From the NCBI GenBank assembly GCA_964016885.1, contig OZ024743.1, forward strand, positions 375,906,001 to 375,970,000: 64,000 bases of DNA, in the 5' to 3' direction. Position numbers and translations under genes: made by a program. The notes below the pieces were generated by a model, which had not been told where the DNA came from, searched no databases, and was given only the letters and a program-made list of their open reading frames with translations. Every line of letters begins with the position of its first letter. Position 1 is the first letter of the stretch. Shown piece after piece: positions 1-14,262 of this stretch. This stretch comes from Eledone cirrhosa (lineage: Eukaryota).

Positions 1-2
1 AT

Positions 3-67
<65 letters not shown>

Positions 68-91
68 TATATACATACATACATACATACA

Positions 92-123
<32 letters not shown>

Positions 124-440
124 CATATATATATATCATCATCATCATCATCATCACCGTTTTACGTCCGTTCTTCCACGCTAGCATGGGTTAGACGGGT
201 TGTTCTGTTGTGGGCAGTGTCTGGTCGGCTGACCATGCCTTGCTCATACAGGAACTGATTTGGCTTAATTTCTACAGCTGGATGCCCTTCCTAGCACCTA
301 CCTCATTTACAGTGAGTGCTGGGTGCTTTTTCGTGGCGCCTACACGTCCACTTTACAGTGTGGGCTGTGTGCTTTTTTGCCGTGGCACCTCCACGACCAC
401 CTTGCAGTGGGAGGGTGTGGGGGAATATTGTCTATATGCT

Positions 441-3400
441 TCAGCTTGTACCCATGGGAGGTCGGGTACTCTGTATTACTGCGTGACGCCAGAAGTCACG
501 GTCGTGTGTCATTGCCTTTGAGAGGTGTAATTGGGTAAGGTCGGCTTTTATCACCTCATCCCAGGTCATCTTGGGTCTCCCCACTCCGCGGTTTCCATCA
601 ACTTCTAGTGCTCTGCACCTTTTTATGCAGCTGTCATCCTTCATACGCATCACATCTCCATACCAGCGCAACCGCCTCTCCTGCACACAGCATTTGATTC
701 CTCTTATGCTCAGTCTCTCTCTCAATTCATTTATGCTTTGTCGTTCACGTATATTACTGTTACACATTCACCGGAGCATGCAGGCTTCGTTTCTCTCTAA
801 TCTACGTAAGTCTTCCACCTTCAGCGCCCAGGTCTCACTACCATGCAACATTGCTGTTCGGATACACGCATCATACAGTCTGCCTTTCATTCTGAGGGAG
901 AAGCCTTTTGCAGCTAGCAGTGGTAGTACTTCCCTAAACTTCTTCCATCCTGTTCTTATCCTAGTTATTGTACTTTCTGAACACCCACCTCCGCTGCTAA
1001 TTCGGTCACCTAGGTAGCAGAAGCTGTCTACTGTTTCTACAGAGCCCTCCCAGAGATTGGTGGTACTTGTTTCCTGTGGCTGTTTGCTGCTTGCTGTCCC
1101 AGCACAGCTGCTGCATGTGAATCCTACATTCTTAATTAAGCTTCCTGAGATCCCGCTACATCTCTTGTGTTCCCATTGTTTGCATTTGGGGCAGAGAATG
1201 GAGTTCCTACCTACACCTTTCCTACATACTGAGCAAGGCCATTTCCCTGAGGGGATCTGGGTTCTGTTTTCTCGTCTACTTACAAGGACCTTAGTCTTTG
1301 TCATGTTGACTTTCAGACCCTTCTTTCTAGTCCCTGCTTCCAAGTTTGGAATTTATTCTCTAGTTCTACCATAGATTCAGCTATGAGTGCGAGGTCATCA
1401 GCATACAGGAGTTCCCATGGGCATCCGGTCTTAAACTCCTCCGTTATTACCTGCAGGACTATGATGAACAGGAGGGGGCTAAGAACAGAGCCCTGGTGGA
1501 CCCCAACCTGTACGCTAAATTCCTCGCTATACTCATTGCTAATCCTAACTTTGCTGACTGCTCCCCTATACATGGCTTGTACCGCTTTCACAAGCCATTC
1601 ATCTACTCCTAGTTTTCTAAGAGCCCACCAGATTACAGCACGTGGAACTCTGTCAAAGGCTTTCTCAAGGTCGACAAATGCCAAGTAGAGTCGCTTACTT
1701 TTAGCTAGGTACTTTTCCTGTAATTGCCTCACAAGGAAGAGGGCATCAGTGGTGCCTCTTCCTGGTACAAACCCAAATTGCATCTCGTCTATTTTCACCC
1801 GGTCCCTAATCAACTGTGCTATAACTCTTTCTGTTACTTTCATGACCTGGTCCATCAACTTCATACCTCTATAGTTTCCTCTATCTAGTGCATCGCCTTT
1901 ACCTTTGTAGCAGTTGACAATGATGCTACTGCACCAATATTTTGGTATGGCACCTTCTAGTATTACCTGGTTAACAATACGTGTGGTTATAGTGTGACCT
2001 ACAGACCCAGATGCCTTCAGCATCTCGGCACCTATACCCGATGGACCGGTTGCCTTCCCCATCTTCATATCTTTGATTGCCTTACTTACTACGTTGCTGC
2101 TGACTTGTACTGCTGGCCCCTCTATAGGGTCTACTTGGGGTAGGATCTCTTCTTCCCATGTATTCTCCTCATTTAGTAATCTATCATAATGACTCTTCCA
2201 TGCATATTTCTTCTCAGCACTTGTGAGGGCAAGCTCACCTTTATCATTCCGGATACACTTCTCTCCAATGACATCACAACTATCTCTGACACACTGCCTC
2301 GCAATCTTGAATACCTCCTGTTTCTGGTCCTCACGTTGCAAAACATGCTTGAATTTTCTATCCTCTGCTTCCCTCCTAGCTAAGTATACTTGTCGCCTAA
2401 CTTCCCTCTTGGTATCTATGTAATGTACCCTGCTCCCCCCGTTCTTCCATTCTTTCCATGCCTGTCTCTTGGCCTTAACTGCTTCATCTACCTTATTGTT
2501 CCACCACCAAGTCACTCTCCTCCTGCTTGAGGTCTTACTCCAGCCACAGACCTCATCCGTCACCTCTAGTAAATTATTTTTTAGGAAATCCCAGTTCTCT
2601 TCTACATTAAATGTCTGTATCTGTTCTTCTTTACTGTCGTAAGCGTTGAGTAAAATATCTTTAAATCTGTTACTGGTTGAGGGGACTTTCAGCTTCCAGA
2701 TCTTTCTTCTCCAGGTTGGCCTCTGTTTCAGGGCTCGTCTAGTTCTGACCGTGAGGTCGCTGACAACTAAGCTATGTTGGGATGTACATTCCTCACCAGG
2801 GAAGGCTTTTGTGTTTACGACCGTCCATCTGTCACGTCCTCTGATGAGGATAAAATCTAACTGACTAGAGTGCTCCCCTGATCTATAGGTGATCAGGTGG
2901 TTGTCGGGTTTTTTAAAGTTTGTGTTACATATCGACATGTCATTGGCGTCGCAGAATTCTAGAAGTCTGAATCCTTCCTCATTCCTTGTGCCAACCCCAT
3001 GGCCTCCATGTACTCTATTGTAGCCGTCGCAGTGTTTACCTACGTGTCCGTTAAAATCTCCTGCGATGATTAGGAAGTCCTTGTCGTCTGTTAGAGCAGT
3101 AGTGTGCATTAGGGACTCGTAAAACCTATCCTTAAGTTCGTCTGGCAACCCCGATTGGGGTGCGTAAGCTGATATTATTGTGGTAATTGTTTTATTCAGG
3201 ACTAGTCTGAGTTTAATGATTCTTGCATTTACCCTGTACACTGAGATTACTTTATCTACCCACTTGTCAGCTAGTAGTATACCTACACCACCCATCACAT
3301 CGTCATTTCCCACCCAGAAAAATTTGTAGCACCGACTTTTTCCTACGAGGACTCTGGCAGACTCTCCTCTCCATCTAGTCTCTTGCACACAGCATACATC

Positions 3401-3562
3401 AATTTCCTTTCGCTCTAGCATTTCTACGATTTCTCCTGCTCTTCCTTTCATTGAGCCTACATTGATGGTACCAACTCGGAGTTTTGGGCATTTGTCGACA
3501 CTCGTAGGGAAGGGTCTCTGGGTTGGCGCTTCACGTGGGTGCTTGGTAGCTCGCAGATTCAT
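441..3562 (-). pseudogene. RTE ORF (APE-RT, PHD-like Cys insert, C-terminal domain), disrupted near 1345 and 768
   Basis: Three consecutive ORF pieces in order: 749 aa, 191 aa and 108 aa. Confidence 0.9.
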
Positions 3563-3705
3563 ATTTCATCTATTGATTCAGAGTTGCTCAAATTTATTCT
3601 GAGCTCATCCATCCATAACGGTGGGAAAATTGAGGGCTAGAAGAACAGTGGTGGTGGGGTAATGGCAGGGTGTGTTGGGCTGCGACAGGGAGGAGAGAGT
3701 TAGTT

Positions 3706-3723
3706 AGGTAGTAGTAATAGTAA

Positions 3724-3776
<53 letters not shown>

Positions 3777-3795
3777 ACAGTAGCAGCAGCAGCCG
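3706..3795. repeat. (TAG)n microsatellite
   Basis: Direct reading. Confidence 0.95.
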
Positions 3796-4284
3796 TAGGA
3801 ATGGCATGCTGAGGTTTGATTGGTCGAATAGGCTATGGCGGTGTGAGGGAAATTGTGAGGTAGGCACTGAGGGTCGCTTTCAAGACCGCATGGTAAATCC
3901 GAAATAATACAGCAGAAAACAGCAATAATATTAATAATAATAACGTCATAAGAGCTAAGATACCTGCGAAAATGTGTATGGATGGGTGGGTGGGTGGCTG
4001 GAACGAAACCAAATCAACTCTAGTGACACATTTTAACAGATAAGGAGAAAGTGTCTTATCTCTTCAATAGCTTCAAGACGAGTGATAGGGATAGGGTAGC
4101 CAGCATAGAGAGAGATATAGAGAGGGGGGCACTGAGGACACTTCAAGACCGCATGGTAAATCCGAAATAATACATATATATATATATACATTCACATACA
4201 CATATATATATATATATATATACATACACATATATATATATATATACATACATACACATATATATATATATATACATACATACA

Positions 4285-4334
<50 letters not shown>

Positions 4335-4359
4335 CACATATATATATATATACATATAC

Positions 4360-4390
<31 letters not shown>

Positions 4391-4392
4391 CA

Positions 4393-4915
4393 TAAATCAG
4401 GAAAGAAGGTTTACATGGTTTGCTATACAAAAAAGTTTTTAATCACATAGCTTACATTTGTTTCACTGAACTGGTATGTCTAGAGATCGCTATCCGCCTA
4501 ATTTTGCGTCACTCGATCGCCAATACAGAATTATAACCAGTCAGATCTTCGGAGCATGCGAGAATGAAGAAAATACACAGGCAAGAAAATAAAAGAAAAT
4601 ATGGAGTAGTTATGGCATTCAATTAGAACAATAAACAACAACAATTATTACAACAATGCTATCAATAAACTATTTAAGGAGACCCTGACATTACTTAGGT
4701 GGGGGGTATATAATGTATCTAATGTTACGGCGTGAAAACCAGCTGTCATAAGGCAAAAAGTATCGTAGTGTGTATCAATTTTAAATTATAAAGATAAGCT
4801 AGTTTTTACAGTCTTTCTCTTCATCTTCAACCGTATACATGAGTGGGACCACTGTCAAAGCTCAATAGTTGTAGAGTTAATACAGAGGTTAACGAATTAA
4901 TATACGCATATATCT

Positions 4916-4976
<61 letters not shown>

Positions 4977-6273
4977 AATATAAATACATATACACATATA
5001 TGTGTACATAGACACATACATACACACTAATATACACTCGTACAAAAATATACATACATGCAAAGAGAAAAGCGAGCTAATTGTAATATGGCAAAAAGAA
5101 GGTAAAGTAACATTGTAGTAGTGAAATGAGAAAAACTAGGATCTAGGATCAAATGATTGCAGCAGCTGAGAAGGAGTAAGATTGTTGGTAGATGAGGTAT
5201 TTACAGACTATTGTGTGGTATAGACTTGTGAAGGAAATAGTATACTTAATGAATATATATTTTTTGTGGGTAGTAGGTATCCTAATTTAAAGCTATGTTA
5301 TGTTGGTTCGATTCACGGAGGTTTGAATCTTATGAATTTAGTGGCTATTCTATGCCTGCAGAAGATAGATCTTTCTAACTTATTATTAAGTAGTCTTTTA
5401 ACATTTCTAAGGATATACAATAGCTCAAGATCACACAGCCCGCAATAGGACATACCTGTACTATAGGTTTTAGCAGCCGACAACTTCGACCAGTTGATAG
5501 TGTAGCTAGCGTTGCTGTCCTTCAATTCCCATATTTTTCTGGCGAGGGTGGTGGAACCCATAAGAGCTCGGTTTTTCATCGAGTGCCTGTGCACATACCA
5601 TCTTTTCTTAAAAGAACCCGCGGTGGATCCTATGTAATTCCAAGTGGAGTTACCCGAGATGACAGTGCACATGTACACCAGGCTCGAATCGAGACATCTA
5701 TTCGCCAATGGGCACCTATCTGGGAGGTGACAGTTGCAGTTTGAGGCGCTATTATGTGCAGCTTTTACATTCCTATTTAGTACCCTGTTATAAGTGGGTT
5801 GTGATATATGCCCAATGGGGTTTTGCTGCTGCGCGTTTGTATGCGCTTGTGGTTGTGATGTTGTGATGAGTTTGTGCTTATGTATAGGTGCAATTGATTT
5901 ACTTGAGATATTTCTGCGGTTGATCTTGCGTATGTGTGATTCTATGTTAGCTGCTGTTGAAAAAGAGAGTTTTATAGTAGATCTATTGAGTAGTTTGTGA
6001 TATCTATGCGAGATAGGGAAGTGTTTATCTATTAGTTTAAAGAATATAGAGGGCAGTCTAGTTTTTATAGAGGAGTTGAATATTGGGTTGAACCATAGGT
6101 ATTTCCTTTGTCTGTTTCTTCTATTGTTTCTAGGGTTTACGTTATTAGTGTTTTGGCCGTTTACTCTAGGTGTTACATGTCTAACCCTATGTCTAGTCAA
6201 GCTATTCCTATTATTATGTGAGCGGTTGGAGTAGAAATTACTAGGATTGTTTATGTTGTCCTTATTCACTATA
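4393..6273 (-). mobile_element. Penelope-like element, 3' part (linker + GIY-YIG endonuclease + long 3' UTR with HHR)
   Basis: ORF 5313..6273 reads WFNPIFN, DKHFP, CNCH..CPLANRC, LVYMC..NYIGST..FKKRWYVH, CGLCDLE. It runs into the N gap. Confidence 0.88.
4444..4560 (-). ncRNA. Type I hammerhead-like motif (core CCGAAGA, extended stem II)
   Basis: Reverse complement reads GCATGCT CCGAAGA TCTGACTGGT...ACCAGTTCAGT GAAAC AAAT GTA AGCTATG. It lies on the sense strand of the PLE 3' UTR. Confidence 0.65.
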
Positions 6274-6473
6274 NNNNNNNNNNNNNNNNNNNNNNNNNNN
6301 NNNNNNNNNNNNNNNNNNNNNNNNNNNNNNNNNNNNNNNNNNNNNNNNNNNNNNNNNNNNNNNNNNNNNNNNNNNNNNNNNNNNNNNNNNNNNNNNNNNN
6401 NNNNNNNNNNNNNNNNNNNNNNNNNNNNNNNNNNNNNNNNNNNNNNNNNNNNNNNNNNNNNNNNNNNNNNNNN
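6274..6473. other. Assembly gap (200 N)
   Basis: Run of N. Confidence 1.
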
Positions 6474-6793
6474 CAACTCGATAATTATAAGTTACCCCCC
6501 CCCTACATTGTCTCTCAATTAAATAATTTAAATACTAGCACATAACTATAAAATACACACAATCTCTAATCTCTCGAGAAGTTACTTCCCCTGAAACCAC
6601 CCTCTAATTAGTAAGGTAAATATGCCCTTTGGCAGCCATCTTGTTACCCATAGGCAGATCTCACACAATGCAGCCTCGACAGATGAGTACTGCTTGATTA
6701 TGGCTGACAGCTGATGAAACAAAGGCACCATAGTAAAAACTAATATATGGAACATTATATTATGTAACATTATTTTAATTTATATTCCTTTGA

Positions 6794-6914
6794 GTTCCGA
6801 TGAGCCACTCTGTTTTTTTAAATATGTTAATTATTTTCAACTGAACCAGATCAATTATGATGCATAGTCATCTGATCCAGAAATATTATACGGAGTAGCG
6901 AAACAATTGTAAAC
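6794..6914 (+). ncRNA. Type I hammerhead-like motif (core CCGATGA, long stem II insertion)
   Basis: GTT CCGATGA GCCACTCTG...CGGAGTAGC GAAAC AATT GTA AAC, with palindromic stem III ACAATTGT. Confidence 0.65.
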
Positions 6915-7041
6915 GGGCATTATTATAATTAATATTATTATTATTATTATTCTCTACATTCCTTACATCAAACTAAATATGTTGACAATCTTTTAATAAT
7001 GTCTTCCTTGTGAAATTTGTGGTTCTGTTTTGCTTAACTAA

Positions 7042-7164
<123 letters not shown>

Positions 7165-7306
7165 ATATATGTATATATAGTAATAATAATAAATGTAATA
7201 ATAATAATAAATATATAATAATAATATTAATAATTGTTTCTACTTTTGGCATAAGGCCAGCAATTACCCAGTGTATTACTGGTACTTTATTTTATTGACC
7301 CCGTAA

Positions 7307-7412
<106 letters not shown>

Positions 7413-7570
7413 GTATATATACCTTCCTGCCAGAAATTTCGTTTCATTTTTTCCGTTTATTGTTTTCGGTGCACCCGGCCGATTAACCCACTCGATATGC
7501 AAATTGGGCTACTCAGCCGTTAATATGCATAAGGTAAGTATATACGTTCAACAATCTGGCAGTAAGGTAT

Positions 7571-7613
7571 ACGTTGCTGACGATAGCTAATACGCTTGAA
7601 ACTAGTACAGCGT
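7571..7613 (+). ncRNA. Type I hammerhead ribozyme, minimal
   Basis: ACGTTG CTGACGA TAGC TAATAC GCTT GAAA CTAG TA CAGCGT. Stem I is 6 bp and stem III is the palindrome ACTAGT. Confidence 0.8.
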
Positions 7614-7636
7614 TTCTTTGTCAGTGTTGAACAAAC

Positions 7637-9447
7637 GAGCAACATCTGCTCAAGGGTCAAGGTGAACGGCTACCTCTCGGGGCCGTTCCATATTACGCGT
7701 TGCATTCGACAGGGATGCCCTCTCCTCCCTTCTGTACGTACTGACTCTCGAGCCACTACTGCGGAAGTTGGAGCTATTGCAGGGCATCCCTTTGGAACCG
7801 GGACTGCGGAAAGCGGCGTCGGCATACGCCGACGACGTGACAGTAATGGTGTCGAGCGCCTCGCAAATCGAGGAAGTCGGCACCTTACTGAAGGAATACG
7901 AAAGTTTCACAGGAGCGAAGCTGAACAGGGACAAGTCCATCGGTTTGCAACTCGGATCGTGAAGAGGCAAACCGATGCCTTCCGATGGCGTCGTCGGATG
8001 CTGGACGGAAGGACCGGTAAAGCTGCTCGGGGTCTGGTTTGGTCTGGACCTCCAGGTGGAGAAGAACTGGAACAAGTGACGGCCAAGGTGTTTGCACTCA
8101 CCCAGAAGTGGGCCGAGTGCAAACTATCCTTGAAAGGTCGAGCGGAGGTGGCGAACACTTTTATAGCGTCCGCCATCTACTACCGCTTGGCCGTCGTGCC
8201 TTGTCCAGCCAAAACGCTCGCCAAAATGGAGTGCGCGCTCTTCCAATTCATTTGGAAGAGGCGGGCTCCTTTGGTGAGAAGATCCATCTGCTGCCAACAC
8301 CCTTCTAACGGAGGGCTGGGGATGCCGTGGTTGACGATGCGCAAACACGCGTTCAGGCTGCGGCATCTCTACGTATTCCTCACCGGACAACCGGTGTGGG
8401 CCCTGTTCGTGAGGCGAACCTTCCCACGACTTGTCTCGCTGACCGAGCTGCAGTCCTGGGTCAAGCAAAGACCGAGGAAATGGGCGACTGGCACATCGAA
8501 TGTGCTCAGGCACTCACAGCCCTCTGGCAGGCGGACCCGGCGATCAGTGGAGACTCCACTTTGTCATTCTATAGAGGGTTGATCCGCAGCAAGTGCGACG
8601 ACGCGCTCGGTGAAACTCTAGGCGTAGAGGAAGATGAACTGGCCAGTCTGTTCGGTAGGACCTTCCGCCCGGGACCGATGGACAACTTCCAAAAGTCCCT
8701 GGCCTGGCAGTGCTACCGAGGAGCTCTACCAGTTCGAGACAAGCTCTACAGACATGGGCGCCCGGGCAGGGACCCTGCAAAAAAGATCTGTCCGAGGTGC
8801 GTGCGAGACGAAGAAACCGTCGCGCACGCATTCATACACTGCCCGGGCGTCATTGACCTGTGGGGCTATGTAGAACGACTATTGTCGCGGGTGGGACCAA
8901 TCCGGTTGACCACCGAGTCCATTGTCATGATCAAACCGCCACCCTCCTTCAAAAACGAAGGAGAGGCGGTTTTCCTTTGTGTGATAGCTATGGCGAAAGA
9001 GGTTGTATGGTGGACAAGGTTGAAAGGGCTGAGGTCAGACACCTTTCTCTCCGGCCAACAACTGATTCTTTTTTTCAAATACCACTTTGGAAGAAGAATC
9101 AGGATGGAGAGAGAGGTGCTGTACCCCAGCAAGTTTTATGAAAGGTGGGTGAAAGTGGCGAGAATGGCCCGAGTGAATGGGCCTTCTCTCTATATCAGCC
9201 TGTAGGTTGAGGAAAAGGAGGAGGAGAGGAAAGGAGTACAAACTCTTCGTACTCCTGGAGATGAGGGTTGCACATTTTTTTTTCGGGGGTATGTGTTACC
9301 CATATAAACTGTCTTTCTCTATTGGGGAAAATCGACTAACTTTTTTAATTGCATTTGTGATAACATTTTGCACGTTTTTATTATATATAAACTTCCCACT
9401 TTGTATTTGTCCCCTTCTTTTGTGCCCCTGTGGCTAATAAAGAAACA
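7637..9447 (+). mobile_element. Tx1-like LINE, 5'-truncated (copy 1)
   Basis: IRQGCPL, AYADDVT, GGLGMP, and a C-terminal CPRC..ETVAHAFIHC zinc knuckle. AATAAA is followed by (TATC)n. Nearly identical to 36256-38068. Confidence 0.92.
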
Positions 9448-9504
9448 TAACTATCTATCTATGTATCTTTCTCTCTCTCTCTCTATATATATATGCGTGT
9501 GACT

Positions 9505-9673
<169 letters not shown>

Positions 9674-9721
9674 TGTGTGTGTGTGTGTATGTATGAGTGT
9701 GTGTATATGTGTGTGTGTATG

Positions 9722-9788
<67 letters not shown>

Positions 9789-9945
9789 AAATTAAACAGA
9801 AGACAGAGATAAAGAAAAGTAACCAGTGGCCAGCTATTTTCCTTCCGATAATTGTTACTGGATAACTTCCGGATGAATTTGCAAAGCAAACGACTTAACT
9901 TTGCTACAATAACTACTGAGAAATGGTTGTCATCTTGAATAGGAA

Positions 9946-10049
<104 letters not shown>

Positions 10050-10067
10050 GTATATATATGTATATAT

Positions 10068-10189
<122 letters not shown>

Positions 10190-10994
10190 AGTGGAGACTA
10201 TATAAACAGTTTATGAAGCAGACGCTGTTAGCTAAACTTGCCAGTTATACGCTACGATAAACCACAATGCCACCTATTGTTAGCTGAAGGACATGGTGTA
10301 TTGCTTGCTATCTCGTCATCGTCGTTTTCTTCGCCATTGTCATTGTGGTTGTCGTCTGCTCGCCTCCATCTTGGAGAAAGTGCATATTTTTGTTAGACTT
10401 CTGCTTGTTCTGCTTGAACAACCTTCCTCTTTTATACCCATTGCATTTCTCTTTTGGGTCGTAGAATGAAGAAAGAAGAATTCACGTTCAACAGCAGACA
10501 AAGGTTTCATTTTCGATTTAATTTTAGCATAATTGAAATCAATTGTAAAGTTATCGTCTTTCTCTCTTTGATAGAGATGTGTCTTCAACTTAACTAAACA
10601 ATCGCTACACCTAAACTCCTCATTTCTTCTTCTTCTTCTTCTTCTTCTTCTTCTTCTTCTTCTTCTTCTTCTTCTTCTTCTTCTTCTTCTCCCCTCTCAT
10701 ACGGTTTATTAAAGGAGATGGAGCTGAAATTATGAGTGAATTCCAAAGATGATGTTGTCATCGGCCATTCTACATCTCACTCGATTCCAGTCAATGAGTC
10801 TGATGAAACGAATGTAGTATTTCTCTCTCTCTCCCTCCCTCTGCCCCTTACTCCCTCTCTCTCTCTCCCCCTCACTCCCCCTTACTCCCACCTCTCTCTC
10901 TCTCGCGAGTGTGTGTGCGTATACGTATATGTGTGTGATTGTGTGTGTATGTGATTGTATGTGTGTGTGCATAATTGTATGTATGATTCTGATT

Positions 10995-11087
<93 letters not shown>

Positions 11088-11726
11088 CCTCTCTCTCTCT
11101 CTGTATAAATAAAGGCAAAAGTCATTTCAGCCAATCTTTTCTTCTATGACTATCTTCTCAAGTATCACCTCATTTTTATACAATTTTTACGCATCAGCCA
11201 TCACAATAATGAATGCATTCAAAACGAATTTGAGATATAAACCCCAGTAATATAATGTAAGCATCTTCTTAGATGAGACTTCCATTTCTTTAATACCAAA
11301 ACAATTCCGGTTTTCTTATGAGGTTAATTTTATCTGGGTAAACGTGCAAAAGTTAAGATTTCCGTTGGTGTTCATCTAAACAGCGAACAATACAATCAAG
11401 TTATTAACAAGTCAAGTTTGTATATCTCTTGAAAGATGACACCGTATCTCTTTCTCTTTTCAACAGTTTAGTTTTCTCTTCATAGAGCCATATTGCTTTT
11501 CATTGACTAGATATTACTGTATGTTCAGTTCTATCTTTTGAACACAGAAGGATCTGACGACAAACTATTACATTTATACTAGAAATTGAAGCCGGTTCAG
11601 GAATAAGACGCTGGTCTATTGCAGGATTAATTTCCTAGCTATTCTTGGTACTCATTCTCAACTGAGTCTACTGGAGCAATGTGAAATAAAGTGTTTTGCT
11701 CAAGAACACAACACAGCAAAGACTCT

Positions 11727-11916
11727 TCCTGGATAGGACGCCAGTCTATCGTAGGATTAACTCCCAAGCAACTGCTGGTTCTCACTTTCAGCTGAGTCTA
11801 CTAGAGCAATGGGAAATAATGTGTTTTGCTCAAGAACACAACACAGCAGCCTGTCCAGGAATTGAACCGATGACATTACGATTGTATGGCAAGCATCCTA
11901 ACCATTAAGCCATGCC
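11727..11916 (-). mobile_element. tRNA-derived SINE (partial duplicate at about 11605-11718)
   Basis: Reverse complement has A-box GGCATGGCTTAATGG and B-box GGTTCAATTCC, followed by TTGTGTTCTTGAGCAAAACAC. Confidence 0.75.
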
Positions 11917-11979
11917 ATTGTATATTACTTGGGAGTGAAGACGACAAAATATTTTCATTTATATTAGAAATTTTGTGAA

Positions 11980-12095
11980 GGCACGTGGCTGAGTGGTTAG
12001 AGAATTGGATTCGCAATCGTGGGGTTGTGAGTTCGATTCCTGGACCGGGTGATGCGTTATGTCCTTGAGCTAGACACTTTATTTCACCTTGATTG
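11980..12095 (+). mobile_element. tRNA-derived SINE
   Basis: A-box TGGCTGAGTGG, B-box GTTCGATTCC, and TGTCCTTGAGCTAGACACTT core. Confidence 0.78.
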
Positions 12096-13041
12096 CTCCT
12101 TCTACCTGGAGTTGCGGCCGATAGATAGTATTAGCAATTGGAAAGACCAACAGAAACATTGTTTCCTCGGTGCGACTTGACGAATGTCGATCGACTGTCG
12201 AATATTAGAAATTGAAACCGGTTCACGAATATAATTTGCGATGTTGCTGATGATGTTGTTGAAGATGTTGTCGATGATGTTCTTGATATTATTGTTGATG
12301 TTGTAAATATGAGAAAGAATACAACATCATCGCTATCCCAATGATACGATCCCGGAGAACGCCCTCTGGCTTATACAACTCCAGCCGTCTCCTGGTCTCA
12401 GCGGATAGACTGGAGAAAGTTTTACCCTGGAGGATGTCAAGGAGACATGTTCAGTTTGTTTTTAACACAGCAAAAACAAAACAAAAATAATAAATGGTTA
12501 TAGATGGGGTATAGTCAGTCCAATCAATCGTGCCACTATATATCACTGGTACATATTTTATCTCTCATTCTGACTAGAATGTAGCTGGTTTTATGTCGTA
12601 AATACGGTACATGGTTTATTCCAACCATCTTCAAACTCTGGCATCTCTGAGGAGAAAACAATAAATAAAGTGGAATATCGTTTGATGAAACTGAAACATG
12701 TTCTCGGCTTTTACTGTGTAGCATTAATGATAAATCTACAACCAATCTGAATTTTGAACATTATACAAGTTTTTCGGTCACCTGATATTATTGGAGTTAT
12801 CCTTCTTATTTGTTGTTTGCAGATTCTAAACAGGACTAGAGGGAGATTTTCGTCAACTAGTTGCCTGGATATAACATCTAAGTTGATGACAGTTTTATTT
12901 ATAGCCATGTATTACATATCTAAGACACTTCTACTTTTCATGTATTTTGTATGTAGAAGGCTTCCCTAAGGTAATTCCCGTTAGACATATTGTACAAGAA
13001 ACATTTTAAGAATCAATAAAACATATAGCACTGATTTTCAT

Positions 13042-13695
13042 TCATGCCATGAAACACTCGGCATCAAACCTATCGAGTGCAAGTCGGAGATCAACTTCTG
13101 TCGAGTTACGTAACACCATGTCGTCTGTAAATTCCAGCCGACTGATTTTACACCCGCCAGTCATGATACCACTTCCATCCCGGCTGCGCATGTCAATCCT
13201 GTTCATGTAAATAATGAACAGAAGTGAATCTTGGGTAATGGCACAAAGAATACGATCACGAATACAAACGGCCAAAGGGTCTATGGAGTAACCTTACTCA
13301 ATAGAGTGCGTAGCTCGGAGATCAGAGAGTCACTCCAGGTGGAGCCGCTACTTCTTCGAATTTAGAGATCATAGTTCCGATTCTATGGGCATGTGGTTAG
13401 AATGACTCAGCAAAGAATCGCTGGACAGATTTTACTGGCAAAACCAACCGCCAGGAGACTCAGGGGGTAGATCCCGAGCAAGATGGTTGGATAACATCCA
13501 AGAGCTTGGATTGTCTCGCTTGGGGATCCAGCCGGATCAGTTGGAGACGGTTGCTTCTGACAGGACCCACTGGAAGAAGTGTTTGAGGAATCTGCTCCCA
13601 CGACTCTCTCAGGAATAAGTGGGTGAAGAAGAAGAAGAAGAAGAAGAAGAAGAAGAAGAAGAAGAAGAAGAAGAAGAAGAAGAAGAAGAAGAAGA
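13042..13695 (+). mobile_element. RTE-type LINE fragment with inverted 5' part and (GAA)n tail
   Basis: Minus-strand RT remnant 13042..13275 (SLLFIIYMNRI, FTDDMVL) abuts a plus-strand C-terminal remnant (EPLLLRI..FYGHVVRM..RWLDNI) that ends in (GAA)n. Confidence 0.7.
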
Positions 13696-13819
13696 AAACG
13701 TAATAAAATTTCTAAATGAAACAATTACATTTCGCTAGAGGCATGAGAGACATTTAAAACACATACGCATCGTTATATTCACATTATTTCATCATGTGAT
13801 AATATTTTTTACTATAAAG

Positions 13820-14262
13820 GGGTGGTGAATTGGCAGTATCATTACAACATCGGACAGTTTGCGTTATAGAATAGGGCTACGCCCACAACGATCTGAGTTC
13901 AAATTGCACCGGGATTAGCTTTGCCTTTAAACCTTACGGGGTCGATAAAATAAAGCACCAGTAATGCATTGGGTTCAATTTAATCGACTTTCCCCTCTCC
14001 CCAAATTGCTGGCCTTGTGCTTAAAGTAGAAATTATTATTATTATTATTATTATTGGCAATATCGGTAGAGCGCCGGACATGTTTTACAACGTAGACTTA
14101 CGTCCTTTTACGTTCTGAGTTCAAATCCCGCCAAGGATAGCTTGGTCTTTCATCCTTACGGGGTCGATAAAATAAAGTACCAGTAATGCACTATGGTTTA
14201 TTTAATCGACTTTCCCCTTCCCCCCAAATTGTTGGTCTTGTGCCTAAATCAGAAACCAATAT
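13820..14262 (+). mobile_element. Two tandem SINE copies (GAGTTCAAAT B-box; GGGGTCGATAAAATAAAG core)
   Basis: Repeated at 13820-14050 and 14055-14262. The same family occurs at 7230-7310(-), 27620-27725, 27955-28100, 39780-39925(-) and 40163-40340(-). Confidence 0.78.

Larger units (their letters stand above)
136..4173 (-). mobile_element. RTE-type LINE, near full length (APE endonuclease + RT), frameshifted, with (ATG)n 3' tail
   Basis: ORF 1313..3562 has APE motifs (GTINVGSM, CCVQETRW, IIAGDFNGHVG, SQH) and RT motifs (FVDLEKAFDRVP, VHQGSVLSPLLF, LYADDL). It continues in 768..1343 and 441..767 (RRLRWYG..RM, RGVGRPK.TW). The (CAT)n at 136-157 is the 3' tail. The 5' boundary is approximate. 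Confidence 0.93.

Noticed and set aside
10245-10385. Possible minus-strand exon (acidic peptide after a TTTCTCCAAG acceptor-like site)
   Set aside because: No recognisable domain or partner exons, so it cannot be supported.
10798-10818. Isolated CTGATGA hits (also at about 2840, 6711, 12248 and 28278)
   Set aside because: No compatible stems I-III and GAAA/UH arrangement.
11980-12050. tRNA gene
   Set aside because: A and B boxes are present, but there is no convincing cloverleaf and the sequence continues into a SINE core.
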